From: Dehalococcoidia bacterium
Lineage (GTDB): Bacteria > Chloroflexota > Dehalococcoidia > DSTF01 > JACRBR01
Length of the DNA: 41,282 nucleotides
Assembly: GCA_041494685.1 (NCBI GenBank)
Contig: JBGQBE010000027.1
Coordinates: 1 to 41,282, forward strand
Direction of reading: 5' to 3'
Shown: piece by piece, positions 9,528 to 17,741 of the stretch
How positions within the stretch are numbered: position 1 is the first letter of the stretch
Layout of the letters: the number at the start of each line of letters is the position of its first letter
Made by a program: the position numbers and the translations under genes
Notes under the pieces: generated by a model
Database searches by the model: none
What the model saw: the letters and a program-made list of their open reading frames with translations, nothing else
Told to the model about the DNA's origin: nothing

Positions 9528-9806
9528 CTAGCTCGCCACGGCCTCAGCCGCGGGCGGGTAGACGCTGACCTTCTTGCGGCGGCCCTTCGCGAACGGCTCG
9601 AACTTCACCGTGCCGTCCACGAGCGCATGCAGCGTGTGGTCGCGGCCCACGCCGACGTTGCGGCCCGGGTGGACCCGGGTGCCCCGCTGCCGGATGATGA
9701 TGGTGCCTGGGCGGACGATCTCGCCGTCCGAGCGCTTGACGCCAAGGCGCTGGGAGTTGCTGTCGCGCCCGTTGCGGGAACTTCCTACACCTTTTTTGTG
9801 TGCCAT
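9528..9806 (-). CDS. rpmA: 50S ribosomal protein L27
   Basis: [29 protein letters not shown]. Confidence 0.98.
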   Translation of the reverse strand: MAHKKGVGSSRNGRDSNSQRLGVKRSDGEIVRPGTIIIRQRGTRVHPGRNVGVGRDHTLHALVDGTVKFEPFAKGRRKKVSVYPPAAEAVAS

Positions 9807-9812
9807 AGCGTC

Positions 9813-10277
9813 CTACTCTGCCTTCTTGCGGGTGCGCTTAGGCTTCTCAACAGCAGCGACATCCGTGGCAGCCGCCTTGGCGCGGCTGCGCCGCTTCGGG
9901 GCGGCCTCCGCTTCGGGGGCCGCTGCCTCGGCCGGTGCCGCCTTCGTCAGCTTCGGCTGCTCGCCCGGGGCCAGGATGTCACTCACAACCAGCCGCGTGA
10001 AGAGCTGCCGGTGGCCGTTCTTCTTGCGGGAGCGCGTCTTCGACTTGTACTTGAATACGAGAATCTTCCTTGCGCGGCCCTGCTCGGCGATCGTGCCCAG
10101 CACACGCGCGCCGGCGATCACCGGCGTCCCGACCGTGACGCTCCCGGCGTCATCCAGCAGGAGCACGTCGTTCAGCTCGATCGACTCGCCAGGCTCGCCC
10201 GGCAGCCGCTCGACCTTCAGGGCGTGGCCTTCCTCGACGCGGTACTGCTTGCCTCCGGTGCGGACGACGGCGTACAA
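9813..10277 (-). CDS. rplU: 50S ribosomal protein L21 with an Ala/Lys-rich C-terminal extension
   Basis: MYAVVRTGGKQYRV..GHRQ. TTG start with an AGGAGG SD. Confidence 0.97.
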   Translation of the reverse strand: MYAVVRTGGKQYRVEEGHALKVERLPGEPGESIELNDVLLLDDAGSVTVGTPVIAGARVLGTIAEQGRARKILVFKYKSKTRSRKKNGHRQLFTRLVVSDILAPGEQPKLTKAAPAEAAAPEAEAAPKRRSRAKAAATDVAAVEKPKRTRKKAE

Positions 10278-10328
10278 GGCATCCTCCTGGACAACACAAC
10301 GCCTGCCGAGCGGCAGGCGTCGCGAGTG

Positions 10329-10358
10329 ATTCTATCTGCCGCTCCTGAACTCTGTCAA
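10329..10358 (-). promoter_or_regulatory. Housekeeping sigma-70-type promoter of the rplU operon
   Basis: Minus strand TTGACA-N18-TAGAAT, followed by a 10-bp leader hairpin (10299..10320). Confidence 0.7.
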
Positions 10359-10410
10359 ACCGGGCAGATTCGGGAATCCCGGATTCCCCGGAAATGCCGC
10401 TCGCTGCCCC

Positions 10411-10437
10411 TAAAGCACGCAGGGCGACCGCCGACAA
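10411..10437 (+). promoter_or_regulatory. Putative sigma-28 (FliA/WhiG-type) promoter of the archaellin gene
   Basis: TAAA-N15-GCCGACAA versus the consensus TAAA-N15-GCCGATAA: one mismatch and exact spacing, about 120 nt upstream of the ATG at 10559. Confidence 0.7.
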
Positions 10438-10558
10438 TCCTAGGGGAATCTCCTAGGGTCTCCTAGGCGAATCGCCAATGGTTGGAATCGCGGGAAGTTG
10501 CACCTGGTCCTGGCGGGCCGGCCGGCGCACACGAGCTCCGCAGGTTGGAGGTGGCCGC

Positions 10559-11134
10559 ATGAGGAAGCTACGAGCAGTCCTCAGTCGCGTCCGGGAAGAG
10601 AACGGAATCACGGGTCTCGAGACCGCGATCATCCTGATCGCATTCGTCGTGGTAGCGGCCGTGTTCGCGTTTATCGTGCTGAGCACGGGGCTCTTCAGTT
10701 CGGAGCGAGGCAAGGAAGCGGTCTACGCGGGTCTGGCGAAGACCCGCGGGACGATGGAGTTGTCAAGCAACGTGGTCGCGCTGTCCGACGGGACGAAGAT
10801 CACGTCGCTGGGGTTCGATCTGGCCCTCGCGGCGGGCGGTGACTCCGTCAACCTGGACCCCACGGCGACCGCGAACCGCACCGTCATCAGCTACATCGAC
10901 GCTGGCACCGTCGTCAACGACGTGGCCTACACGACTACGATCGTAAGCGGCAACGCCAACCAACTGCTGGAGCCTGGCGAATTGATCCGCATCAATATCG
11001 ATATGGTGGCCAACGGCCTGACCGTCCCGACGAACACGATGTTCACGCTGGAGATCAAGCCGCCAAGCGGTTCGTTCATGGTGATGCAGCGCACCACGCC
11101 AGCCGCGTACGCGTCGGTGAACATCATCCCGTAG
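10559..11134 (+). CDS. Archaellin (archaeal flagellin, ArlB/FlaB-like) with a class III signal peptide
   Basis: REENG|ITGLETAIILIAFVVVAAVFAFIVLSTG N-terminal helix, then LLEPGE and FTLEIKPPSG motifs typical of archaellins. GGAGGT SD. Confidence 0.88.
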   Translation: MRKLRAVLSRVREENGITGLETAIILIAFVVVAAVFAFIVLSTGLFSSERGKEAVYAGLAKTRGTMELSSNVVALSDGTKITSLGFDLALAAGGDSVNLDPTATANRTVISYIDAGTVVNDVAYTTTIVSGNANQLLEPGELIRINIDMVANGLTVPTNTMFTLEIKPPSGSFMVMQRTTPAAYASVNIIP

Positions 11135-11166
11135 CGCTTCGACCCCCGGAACGGGTCACTGCTCGA

Positions 11167-11196
11167 GGGGCGGTCTCGGTAGCTCGAGACCGCCCC
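11167..11196 (+). terminator. Hairpin downstream of the archaellin gene (putative terminator)
   Basis: GGGGCGGTCTCG-gtagct-CGAGACCGCCCC, a 12-bp stem with a weak U-tract. Confidence 0.55.
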
Positions 11197-11241
11197 GAGT
11201 GCTTCTCGCAGGGACTTCCGGCGACAGGCAGAAGCGAAACC

Positions 11242-11275
11242 ACGAAGGGCTCCCCGGTCACGGGGAGCCCTTCGT
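11242..11275 (-). terminator. ftsH terminator hairpin (possibly bidirectional)
   Basis: ACGAAGGGCTCCCCG-gtca-CGGGGAGCCCTTCGT, a 15-bp stem between convergent genes. Confidence 0.7.
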
Positions 11276-11295
11276 TGACGTGCGAGATCGGACGA

Positions 11296-13287
11296 TCAGC
11301 GTTCGAGGCTGTCCGCGTCGAGCATGGTGTTCGACTGGCTGCCCCAGGCGAGGCCGGGCGGGCCGAGCTTCGGCTGCGGGCCGGAAGTGTCCTCCGCTCC
11401 GCGAACCTCTTCGGTGGCTGCGGGCGGCGCCGGCGGCTCCGGTGCGGGCGGCGGCGCCGCGTCGAGTCCGTCCAACACCCGGCGCAGGTCGTCGCCCTCG
11501 ATGTTTTCCACCTCGAGCAATACCTTCACCAGGCGGTCCAGGCGGTCGCGGTTCTCGACCAGGATGTTGCGCGCAGTCTGGTAGGCGTGATCGACGAGGC
11601 GGCGCACCTCCTCGTCGATCTCCTCGGCCACCTTCTCGCTGTAGTTGCGCTGCTCGCCAATTTCGCGGCCGAGGAACACAAGCTCCTGCTTGTTGCCAAA
11701 CGTGCGGGGACCGAGGCGCTCGCTCATGCCCCATTGCGTCACCATGTTGCGCGCGATGTTCGTGGCGCGCATCAGGTCGTCGCTAGGGCCGGTGGTGGAC
11801 TCGCCGTCGAGGATCAACTCCTCCGCGCAGAGGCCGCCGAGGCTCGTCGCCAGCACGTCCTTGAACTGCGAGCGGGCCATCAGGTGCCGGTCCTCCTCGG
11901 GCAGGAAGCGGGTGAAGCCGCCGGCCATGCCGCGGGAGACGATGCTGATCTTGTAGGGCGGGTCGGCGTTCGGCAGCAGGTGGCCGACGAGCGCGTGCCC
12001 TCCCTCGTGGTAGGCGATGATCTCCTTCTCACGAGGGGTGATCACGCGGCTCTTGCGCTCCGGACCGGCGATGACGCGGTCAACGGCCTCGTTGAACTCG
12101 CTCATGCTGATCTTCTTCTTGTTGCGGCGCGCCGCCAGGATCGCTGCTTCGTTCACCAGGTTCGCCAGATCGGCGCCCGAGAAGCCCGGCGTCTGCTTGG
12201 CCAGCACCCCCAGCTCCACGTCCTTCTCGAACGGCTTGCCCTTGGTGTGGACCTCCAGGATCATCGCCCGGCCCCTGCTGTCCGGTCGGTCCAGAATCAC
12301 CTGGCGGTCGAAGCGGCCCGGGCGCATCAGCGCCGGGTCGAGGATGTCCGGGCGGTTCGTCGCGGCGACCACGATGACGTTGGTGTTCGTGTCGAAGCCG
12401 TCCATCTCCACCAGGATCTGGTTCAGGGTCTGCTCACGCTCATCGTGCGACCCGCCGAGCCCGGCGCCGCGCTGCCGCCCGACGGCATCGATCTCATCGA
12501 CGAAGACGATGCACGGCGCATTGCGCTTGGCCTGGTCGAAGAGGTCGCGCACGCGGCTCGCGCCGACGCCCACGAACATCTCGACGAACTCGGAGCCGCT
12601 GATCGAGAAGAACGGCACACCCGCCTCGCCCGCGACGGCCCGGGACAGCAGCGTCTTTCCGGTACCGGGAGGTCCCACAAGCAGCACGCCGCGCGGAATG
12701 CGCGCGCCGAGCGAGGCGAACTTCTCCGGGTACTTGAGGAACTCGACGACTTCCGCCAGCTCCTCCTTGGCTTCATCGACACCCGCCACGTCCTGGAACG
12801 TGACGGTCGTCTTGTTGCCGGTGAACATGCGTGCGCGGCTCTTGCCGAAGCTCATTGCCTGGCTGTTGGAGCCCTGCGCCTGGCGCATCATGAAGATGAG
12901 GATGGCGCCGAAGACGAGGATGGGCGCGAAGTTGATCAGCAGGCTGATCCAGCTGCCGTACGCCGACGGCGCCTTGTACTTGATATCGACGGCCTGGTCG
13001 CCGCCGCCGCCGATGACGACCTTGTTGTCCTGCAGCACCTTCTCGACATCGGTACTGTTGCCGACGCGCGACGTGTACTTCGTCGCGTCGTTCTTCTTCA
13101 CCACGTTGAGCGTCTGTCCGGAGATCTCGATGCTCTTGAGCTGTCCGTCGCGGCCGGCTGCCACGACGTCGCTGAACGGGAGATTCTTCGTATTGTCGCC
13201 GCTCTTGAAGAACGAGACGACGATCGCGATGACCGCGACCAGGATCAGGAGGTAGATGAAGCTGTTTCGCAGCCAGCGGGAACTCAT
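11296..13287 (-). CDS. ftsH: ATP-dependent zinc metalloprotease FtsH
   Basis: Two TM segments, Walker [35 protein letters not shown]. Confidence 0.98.
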   Translation of the reverse strand: MSSRWLRNSFIYLLILVAVIAIVVSFFKSGDNTKNLPFSDVVAAGRDGQLKSIEISGQTLNVVKKNDATKYTSRVGNSTDVEKVLQDNKVVIGGGGDQAVDIKYKAPSAYGSWISLLINFAPILVFGAILIFMMRQAQGSNSQAMSFGKSRARMFTGNKTTVTFQDVAGVDEAKEELAEVVEFLKYPEKFASLGARIPRGVLLVGPPGTGKTLLSRAVAGEAGVPFFSISGSEFVEMFVGVGASRVRDLFDQAKRNAPCIVFVDEIDAVGRQRGAGLGGSHDEREQTLNQILVEMDGFDTNTNVIVVAATNRPDILDPALMRPGRFDRQVILDRPDSRGRAMILEVHTKGKPFEKDVELGVLAKQTPGFSGADLANLVNEAAILAARRNKKKISMSEFNEAVDRVIAGPERKSRVITPREKEIIAYHEGGHALVGHLLPNADPPYKISIVSRGMAGGFTRFLPEEDRHLMARSQFKDVLATSLGGLCAEELILDGESTTGPSDDLMRATNIARNMVTQWGMSERLGPRTFGNKQELVFLGREIGEQRNYSEKVAEEIDEEVRRLVDHAYQTARNILVENRDRLDRLVKVLLEVENIEGDDLRRVLDGLDAAPPPAPEPPAPPAATEEVRGAEDTSGPQPKLGPPGLAWGSQSNTMLDADSLER

Positions 13288-13538
13288 GGGTGTAACCTAG
13301 CCTTTTCCCCCCAATGGACGGCGGGGTGTTGGGGTGCGTGAAGCCAGTATATCAGAGCCCCGCGTGCCGTAAGGCGAATCCGCCCACGCACGATCCGGTG
13401 GGCCTTGACACCTTCGCCGCCGCACAAGCCACGTTCCGAGGCGCGCAGCGTGCGCGCTCCCGCGTCCGACGCGGTTGCGTGCTGCATGAGTATCACCGCG
13501 ATGCGGGTCTCGCCCCATCGGCAAGAACCCTTACTTAG

Positions 13539-13727
13539 TCACTCTTCGTCCGAGGCCAGCTTGCCGCCCTGCGCCCAGTTCTCCCGTTCGACGTCCGTGA
13601 AGATCACGATTGTGGCGTCCTGCGTCGTGTGGGCTATGTTCGCCACGGCCTCGGTGATCGCGCGCGCCAGTTCCTGCTTCTGCGCGTGCGTGCGGCCCGC
13701 GAACATTTCGATCCTGACGATGGGCAT
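13539..13727 (-). CDS. 4-oxalocrotonate tautomerase family protein
   Basis: 62 aa, N-terminal catalytic Pro (MPIVRIEM..GRT..QK), ENW.QGG. AGGAGG SD. Confidence 0.9.
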   Translation of the reverse strand: MPIVRIEMFAGRTHAQKQELARAITEAVANIAHTTQDATIVIFTDVERENWAQGGKLASDEE

Positions 13728-13902
13728 GGCGTCCCTCCTGTGCCGCTGCATGTGTGCTGATCCGCCGGGAGCATACGGTACGCGCATCGCCCGCACGAGA
13801 AGCCGGCGGCGTACGGCGCCGGGCCATACGCCGCCGGCCGAAGCGGCGCCACCCTTCCGCGGCCGCTTTACAGCGCCTCCGCCCGGTGCTAGCATCGCGC
13901 CG

Positions 13903-14559
13903 ATGGGCCTTTTCCAGGCGGTGCCCACGCTCAACGCCGAGATCTCTGCATGGAGGCAGGGCTACCGCCACGTCGCCGGCGTCGATGAGGCCGGCTGCGG
14001 CCCGCTCGCTGGCCCGGTCGTTGCCGGCGCAGTGATCCTCGAACCCGGCCGCGCCGCCGACTGGTGGGCCGACCTCCGCGACAGCAAGCTGCTCTCCGAA
14101 CCCGAGCGCGACCGCCTGGCGGCGGTGATCCGCGCCGACTGCGCCTGGGGCGTCGGCAGCGCCCCGCACGGCTACATCGACGCGCACGGTCTGACGGCTG
14201 CCCGCAAACACGCCATGCGCCAGGCCGTGCGCGCGCTGCCCTGCCGCCCGGACATGCTGCTGATCGACGCCGTCTCGCTCTCCGACTACCGCCACCGCGC
14301 CATCGTCCACGGCGACGCGCTCTCGGCTTCGATCGCTGCTGCATCGATCCTGGCGAAGGTGGCGCGCGACGCGATGATGGTGGCCTACCACGCCGAGTAC
14401 CCGGCGTACGGATTCGACCAGCACCGCGGCTACGCGACGCCGGAGCACAAACGGGCACTGGAGGAGCACGGCCCTTGCGCGATCCACCGGCGCCTCTTCG
14501 CGCCGGTGCGTGCCGCGCTCGAAGCGCGCGGCCCGGCGCTGGCGCTCGCGCGTGCCTAG
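13903..14559 (+). CDS. rnhB: Ribonuclease HII
   Basis: GVDEAGxGPLAGPV, DSK, GDA..SIAAASILAKVARD, HxGY.T..H, IHR..F.P. Confidence 0.93.
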   Translation: MGLFQAVPTLNAEISAWRQGYRHVAGVDEAGCGPLAGPVVAGAVILEPGRAADWWADLRDSKLLSEPERDRLAAVIRADCAWGVGSAPHGYIDAHGLTAARKHAMRQAVRALPCRPDMLLIDAVSLSDYRHRAIVHGDALSASIAAASILAKVARDAMMVAYHAEYPAYGFDQHRGYATPEHKRALEEHGPCAIHRRLFAPVRAALEARGPALALARA

Positions 14560-14926
14560 CGAGCGGCAACACCTCGGCGACTTCGGCGAGCGCACGGCCG
14601 CCGCGCACCTTGAGGCGAAGGGCTACCGTATTGTGGGCCGCAAGTTCCGCGTGCGCGACGCCGAGATCGACTTGATCGCGCGCGACGGCGACGCGCTCGT
14701 CTTCGTCGAAGTGCGTACGCGGCGCGGCGCCTACCCGGGCATGGCGGCGCTCTCCATCACCCGCACGAAGGCCGCGAAGCTGCTGCTGGCGGCGGACCGC
14801 TACATCGAACAGCACCCGGACGCCGCCGACCTGCCGCTGCGTATCGACGTGGTCGCGGTGGAGATGGAGCGCGGCGGCGTGCTGCGCGATGTGATCCACA
14901 TCGAGGACGCCGTGCGGCCGGCCTGA
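14552..14926 (+). CDS. YraN (UPF0102) family putative nuclease
   Basis: LG..GE..A..HL..KGY.I, EIDLIA, LVFVEVRTR, RIDVVAV. Typical position after rnhB. Confidence 0.9.
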   Translation: MPSERQHLGDFGERTAAAHLEAKGYRIVGRKFRVRDAEIDLIARDGDALVFVEVRTRRGAYPGMAALSITRTKAAKLLLAADRYIEQHPDAADLPLRIDVVAVEMERGGVLRDVIHIEDAVRPA

Positions 14927-14933
14927 CGGCCGG

Positions 14934-14997
14934 CAACAGACAGCAGACAACAGGGGTGTCGGTCGCCATCCGGTTGTCTGCTCTCTGTTGTCTGTTC
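14934..14997. repeat. Palindromic intergenic element built from 7-bp tandem units (copy 1)
   Basis: Left arm CAACAGA-CAGCAGA-CAACAGG, 15-nt spacer, right arm CCGGTTG-TCTGCTC-TCTGTTG-TCTGTTC. Confidence 0.8.
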
Positions 14998-15022
14998 TGG
15001 CTCCGCGTGTTATCGCTAACCG

Positions 15023-15388
15023 ATGCCGATCTACGAGTACCGCTGCCTCGCCTGTAAGCGCCGTACCTCCGTATTCGTGCGCAGCGTGTCATCGTCGGTC
15101 AGCGCCGCTTGCGAGCACTGCGGCAGCGCCCGGCTGGAGCGCATGCTCTCGCGGTTCGCGGTGCACCGCGGCCGCATCGACTTCGACACCCCGGACTCGT
15201 TCGCGGACCTCGACGAGAGCGATCCGAAGGTCATGGCGCGCATGGCACGGCAGATGCGCGACGAGACGGGCGAGGACCTCGGCCCGGAGTTCGACGACAT
15301 GGTGGGCCGCATCGAGGCCGGCGAAGACCCCGAGTCGGTCATGGGCGACGGTGGCGAAGATGGCCTGTCCCCCGATTTCGACGATTGA
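15023..15388 (+). CDS. FmdB family zinc-ribbon protein with an acidic helical C-terminal extension
   Basis: MPIYEYRCLAC...CEHCGS..L.R.LSRF. Confidence 0.88.
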   Translation: MPIYEYRCLACKRRTSVFVRSVSSSVSAACEHCGSARLERMLSRFAVHRGRIDFDTPDSFADLDESDPKVMARMARQMRDETGEDLGPEFDDMVGRIEAGEDPESVMGDGGEDGLSPDFDD

Positions 15389-15432
15389 CGCAAGATCGAG
15401 CGTGGCGCGCGGATTTCCTATACTGGTGAGCG

Positions 15433-15768
15433 ATGCCGATCTACGAATACAAGTGCAAGAAGTGTGAGCGCCTGACGAGCGCGTTCGTGCGCAACGTTGA
15501 CAACGAAGTCGCGCCGGGCTGCCAGCATTGCGGCGGCAAGACAACGCGCACGTTCTCGCGGTTCGCCCATCACAAGGGCGAGCAGCGCGTGCTGGAGGAG
15601 TACGGGGCGATGCCGCGCACGGCCGAGGAGTACAAGGACCCGCGCCAGATCGGCCGCTGGGTCGAGAAGAAGTTCGACGATTACGGCATGGAGCTTCCGC
15701 AGGAGGCCCGCAACATGATCGACGCGGCGCGCGAAGGCGAGCTGCCCGACGCCGTGAAGGACCTCTAG
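15433..15768 (+). CDS. FmdB family zinc-ribbon protein (tandem paralogue)
   Basis: MPIYEYKCKKC...CQHCGG...FSRFA. The C-terminal DP..R...G.EL region resembles that of the upstream paralogue. Confidence 0.88.
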   Translation: MPIYEYKCKKCERLTSAFVRNVDNEVAPGCQHCGGKTTRTFSRFAHHKGEQRVLEEYGAMPRTAEEYKDPRQIGRWVEKKFDDYGMELPQEARNMIDAAREGELPDAVKDL

Positions 15769-15803
15769 TTGACTCTCGCTGGCATACAGTCCACAGTGCG
15801 ACT

Positions 15804-16454
15804 GTGAATCCAGATTCCGACATCGCCCGGATCCTCGACTCCATCATGGAGCGCGTGCGGGACGAGTTCGCCGCGAAGAACGTGGCGCGCGAGAAAGCGC
15901 TGCCGCTTTGCCGCGAGGCCATCCGCTTCTCCGCGAACGCCATCCGCGCCGTCCACCGCGCTGATTTCGAGACGGCGGAGCAGCTCGCCGGGAAGGCGGG
16001 CGCGCAGCTCAAGGTCGCCAAGGAGTCGCTCTCCGGCCACGACGATATCTACCACGCGGGCTTCGTCCACGACGCGCAGAAGGAGTTCGCGGAGGCCTCG
16101 ATCACGCTGGCGCTGATCGCGGGCCGCGATCTGCCGACGCCGGGGTCGCTCGGCGTCGAACTGCCGGCGTACCTGAACGGCATGGGCGAGGCGGTCGGGG
16201 AACTGCGGCGCCACCTGCTCGATACCCTGCGTTCGGGCGACGTGGAGCAATGCGAGAAGTGGCTCTACGACATGGACGAGATGTACTCCGTCCTGGTGAC
16301 TGTCGACTATCCCGACGCGATGACCGGCGGCCTGCGTCGCACGACCGACAGCGTCCGCGGCATCCTCGAGAAGACGCGCGGCGACCTGACGCTCTCCGTG
16401 CAGCAGCGGCGGCTCGAGCAGCGGCTCGACGAGTTCGGCGCGAAGCTCGGCTAG
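15804..16454 (+). CDS. Translin/TRAX-like protein (prokaryotic translin family)
   Basis: All-helical pattern RE.AL...R..IR.S..AI.AVH, AQKEFAEA, YLNGMGEAVGELRR, LRR.TD.VR.ILEKT. Confidence 0.85.
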   Translation: MNPDSDIARILDSIMERVRDEFAAKNVAREKALPLCREAIRFSANAIRAVHRADFETAEQLAGKAGAQLKVAKESLSGHDDIYHAGFVHDAQKEFAEASITLALIAGRDLPTPGSLGVELPAYLNGMGEAVGELRRHLLDTLRSGDVEQCEKWLYDMDEMYSVLVTVDYPDAMTGGLRRTTDSVRGILEKTRGDLTLSVQQRRLEQRLDEFGAKLG

Positions 16455-17041
16455 CGGGACTGCCGGTCCGTCACTCCGCGCAGCCAACGCGCCCACGGCA
16501 GCCGGTACAGCAAAAAGACGCTGAGCAGGCTCAGCGCCTGCAGCGCGATCGCCGTCGGCCGGCCGAATGGCCCTTCGAAGAGCGCGCCCAGGCTGTGGAA
16601 CGCGCGGTCCGTCGTCCACACCCAGAACGTGTCCGCCAGGATGCGCCCGGTCCAGAACCCCGCCATCACCCAGGCCATATTCACGCCTACCATGCCGGCG
16701 GCGATGAACAGGTTGTTCGTCGGCAGCGGCGTCAGCGTGTAGAGGAACGTCGCCGGTGCTGCGACCGTTCGGTGCGCGTCGAGGAATCCGGCGAGCGCGT
16801 TCACGTCCGGATCGTCGCCCGGCATGAAGCGCCGGCGAAACGCCGCGCTGCCCTTCGCAAGCGCCAGCCGGCCCAGCCCCGACACCAGCGCGCCGCCGAC
16901 TGTGAGCGGGAGCAGCGGTAGGTCGTAGCGGATGTAGAAGAACGCCAGCACCATCCAGGTCGATGGCATGAACGCCGGGACAAGATTGACCAGGAACGCG
17001 AGCGCGAGCGCCGCCGCAAGCCAGAGGAGCGTCTCAGCCAT
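16451..17041 (-). CDS. Membrane protein (DedA/VTT-like)
   Basis: Several hydrophobic helices with NLVPAFMPSTW, TPLPTNNLFIAAG and GFWTGR. Confidence 0.65.
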   Translation of the reverse strand: MAETLLWLAAALALAFLVNLVPAFMPSTWMVLAFFYIRYDLPLLPLTVGGALVSGLGRLALAKGSAAFRRRFMPGDDPDVNALAGFLDAHRTVAAPATFLYTLTPLPTNNLFIAAGMVGVNMAWVMAGFWTGRILADTFWVWTTDRAFHSLGALFEGPFGRPTAIALQALSLLSVFLLYRLPWARWLRGVTDRQSR

Positions 17042-17135
17042 GCGCACATCGTAGCCCGCCGCGGGAAGTACCGCCCGCTGCACGGCCCGGCCGCGCGACG
17101 TCTGCGCCGCACGACCGAGAGCGTCTAAGCTCGGG

Positions 17136-17705
17136 CTAACCCGGCGCCCCTCGCGGCGCAGCTAACGTCCGTGCGAGCTCGGCGAGCTTGAGGACGGTGT
17201 TCCAGTTGCGGCCGGTCACGCGCGTGCCGAGCTTGTCTTCGATGAGCTTGTTCGTGAGCTTCGAGCGACCGATGCCCGCCGGGTAGACGACGTGGAGCTG
17301 CTTGCCGTCCGCGCGGATGATCTCCGGGCCCTTGACGACCCCTTGCAACGCCCTCACATCACCCGGTTCCGGCGCGTCCTTCAAGCACAGGAGCACGAGG
17401 TGAGCGGGATCGCTCGCCGCCTCGTCGGGGAACGGGTTGCGCGCGATGACGGCGTCCCACTCTTTCGCCGTGCGGACGAAGAACGCGGTGCCGAGCCCCA
17501 GGCGCTCTTCAGCTTGAGCTTCGAGTAAGCGTTCGAGATTCGTGCCGACTTTCGAACCGCCGCGGAACACGAGATTGCCCGTTTGGAGCAGCGAGCGCAC
17601 ATCCTCGAAACCGAGGCCCTCGAGGAGGGCCCGCAGCTCGGACATGGTGACCGGGTTGCGGCCTCCTACGTTGATGGCGCGGAGGAGGGCGATGTGTGCG
17701 GTCAT
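17136..17705 (-). CDS. DUF1697 family protein
   Basis: ALLRAINVGG, SLLQTGNLVF, NPF, TGRNWNTVLKL. Confidence 0.92.
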   Translation of the reverse strand: MTAHIALLRAINVGGRNPVTMSELRALLEGLGFEDVRSLLQTGNLVFRGGSKVGTNLERLLEAQAEERLGLGTAFFVRTAKEWDAVIARNPFPDEAASDPAHLVLLCLKDAPEPGDVRALQGVVKGPEIIRADGKQLHVVYPAGIGRSKLTNKLIEDKLGTRVTGRNWNTVLKLAELARTLAAPRGAPG

Positions 17706-17741
17706 CGGGAACGCTCCTTTGGGGGGCGCCAACTTACTAGG

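Noticed and set aside
10299..10320. Hairpin in the rplU leader as an L21-leader RNA
   Set aside because: Only a single simple stem is visible, so family membership cannot be supported without a covariance search.
10468..10558. Possible c-di-GMP riboswitch in the archaellin leader
   Set aside because: No class I or class II consensus elements were recognisable in the sense orientation.
11275..13341. 688-aa plus-strand ORF antisense to ftsH, and similar long antisense ORFs over thrS, acsA, typA, rarA and the M20 gene
   Set aside because: These are shadow ORFs expected from high-GC codon bias opposite conserved genes, with no recognisable motifs.
14934..14997. Heptamer repeats as a CRISPR array
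   Set aside because: The units are 7 bp, tandem and inverted, with no repeat-spacer periodicity and no cas genes.
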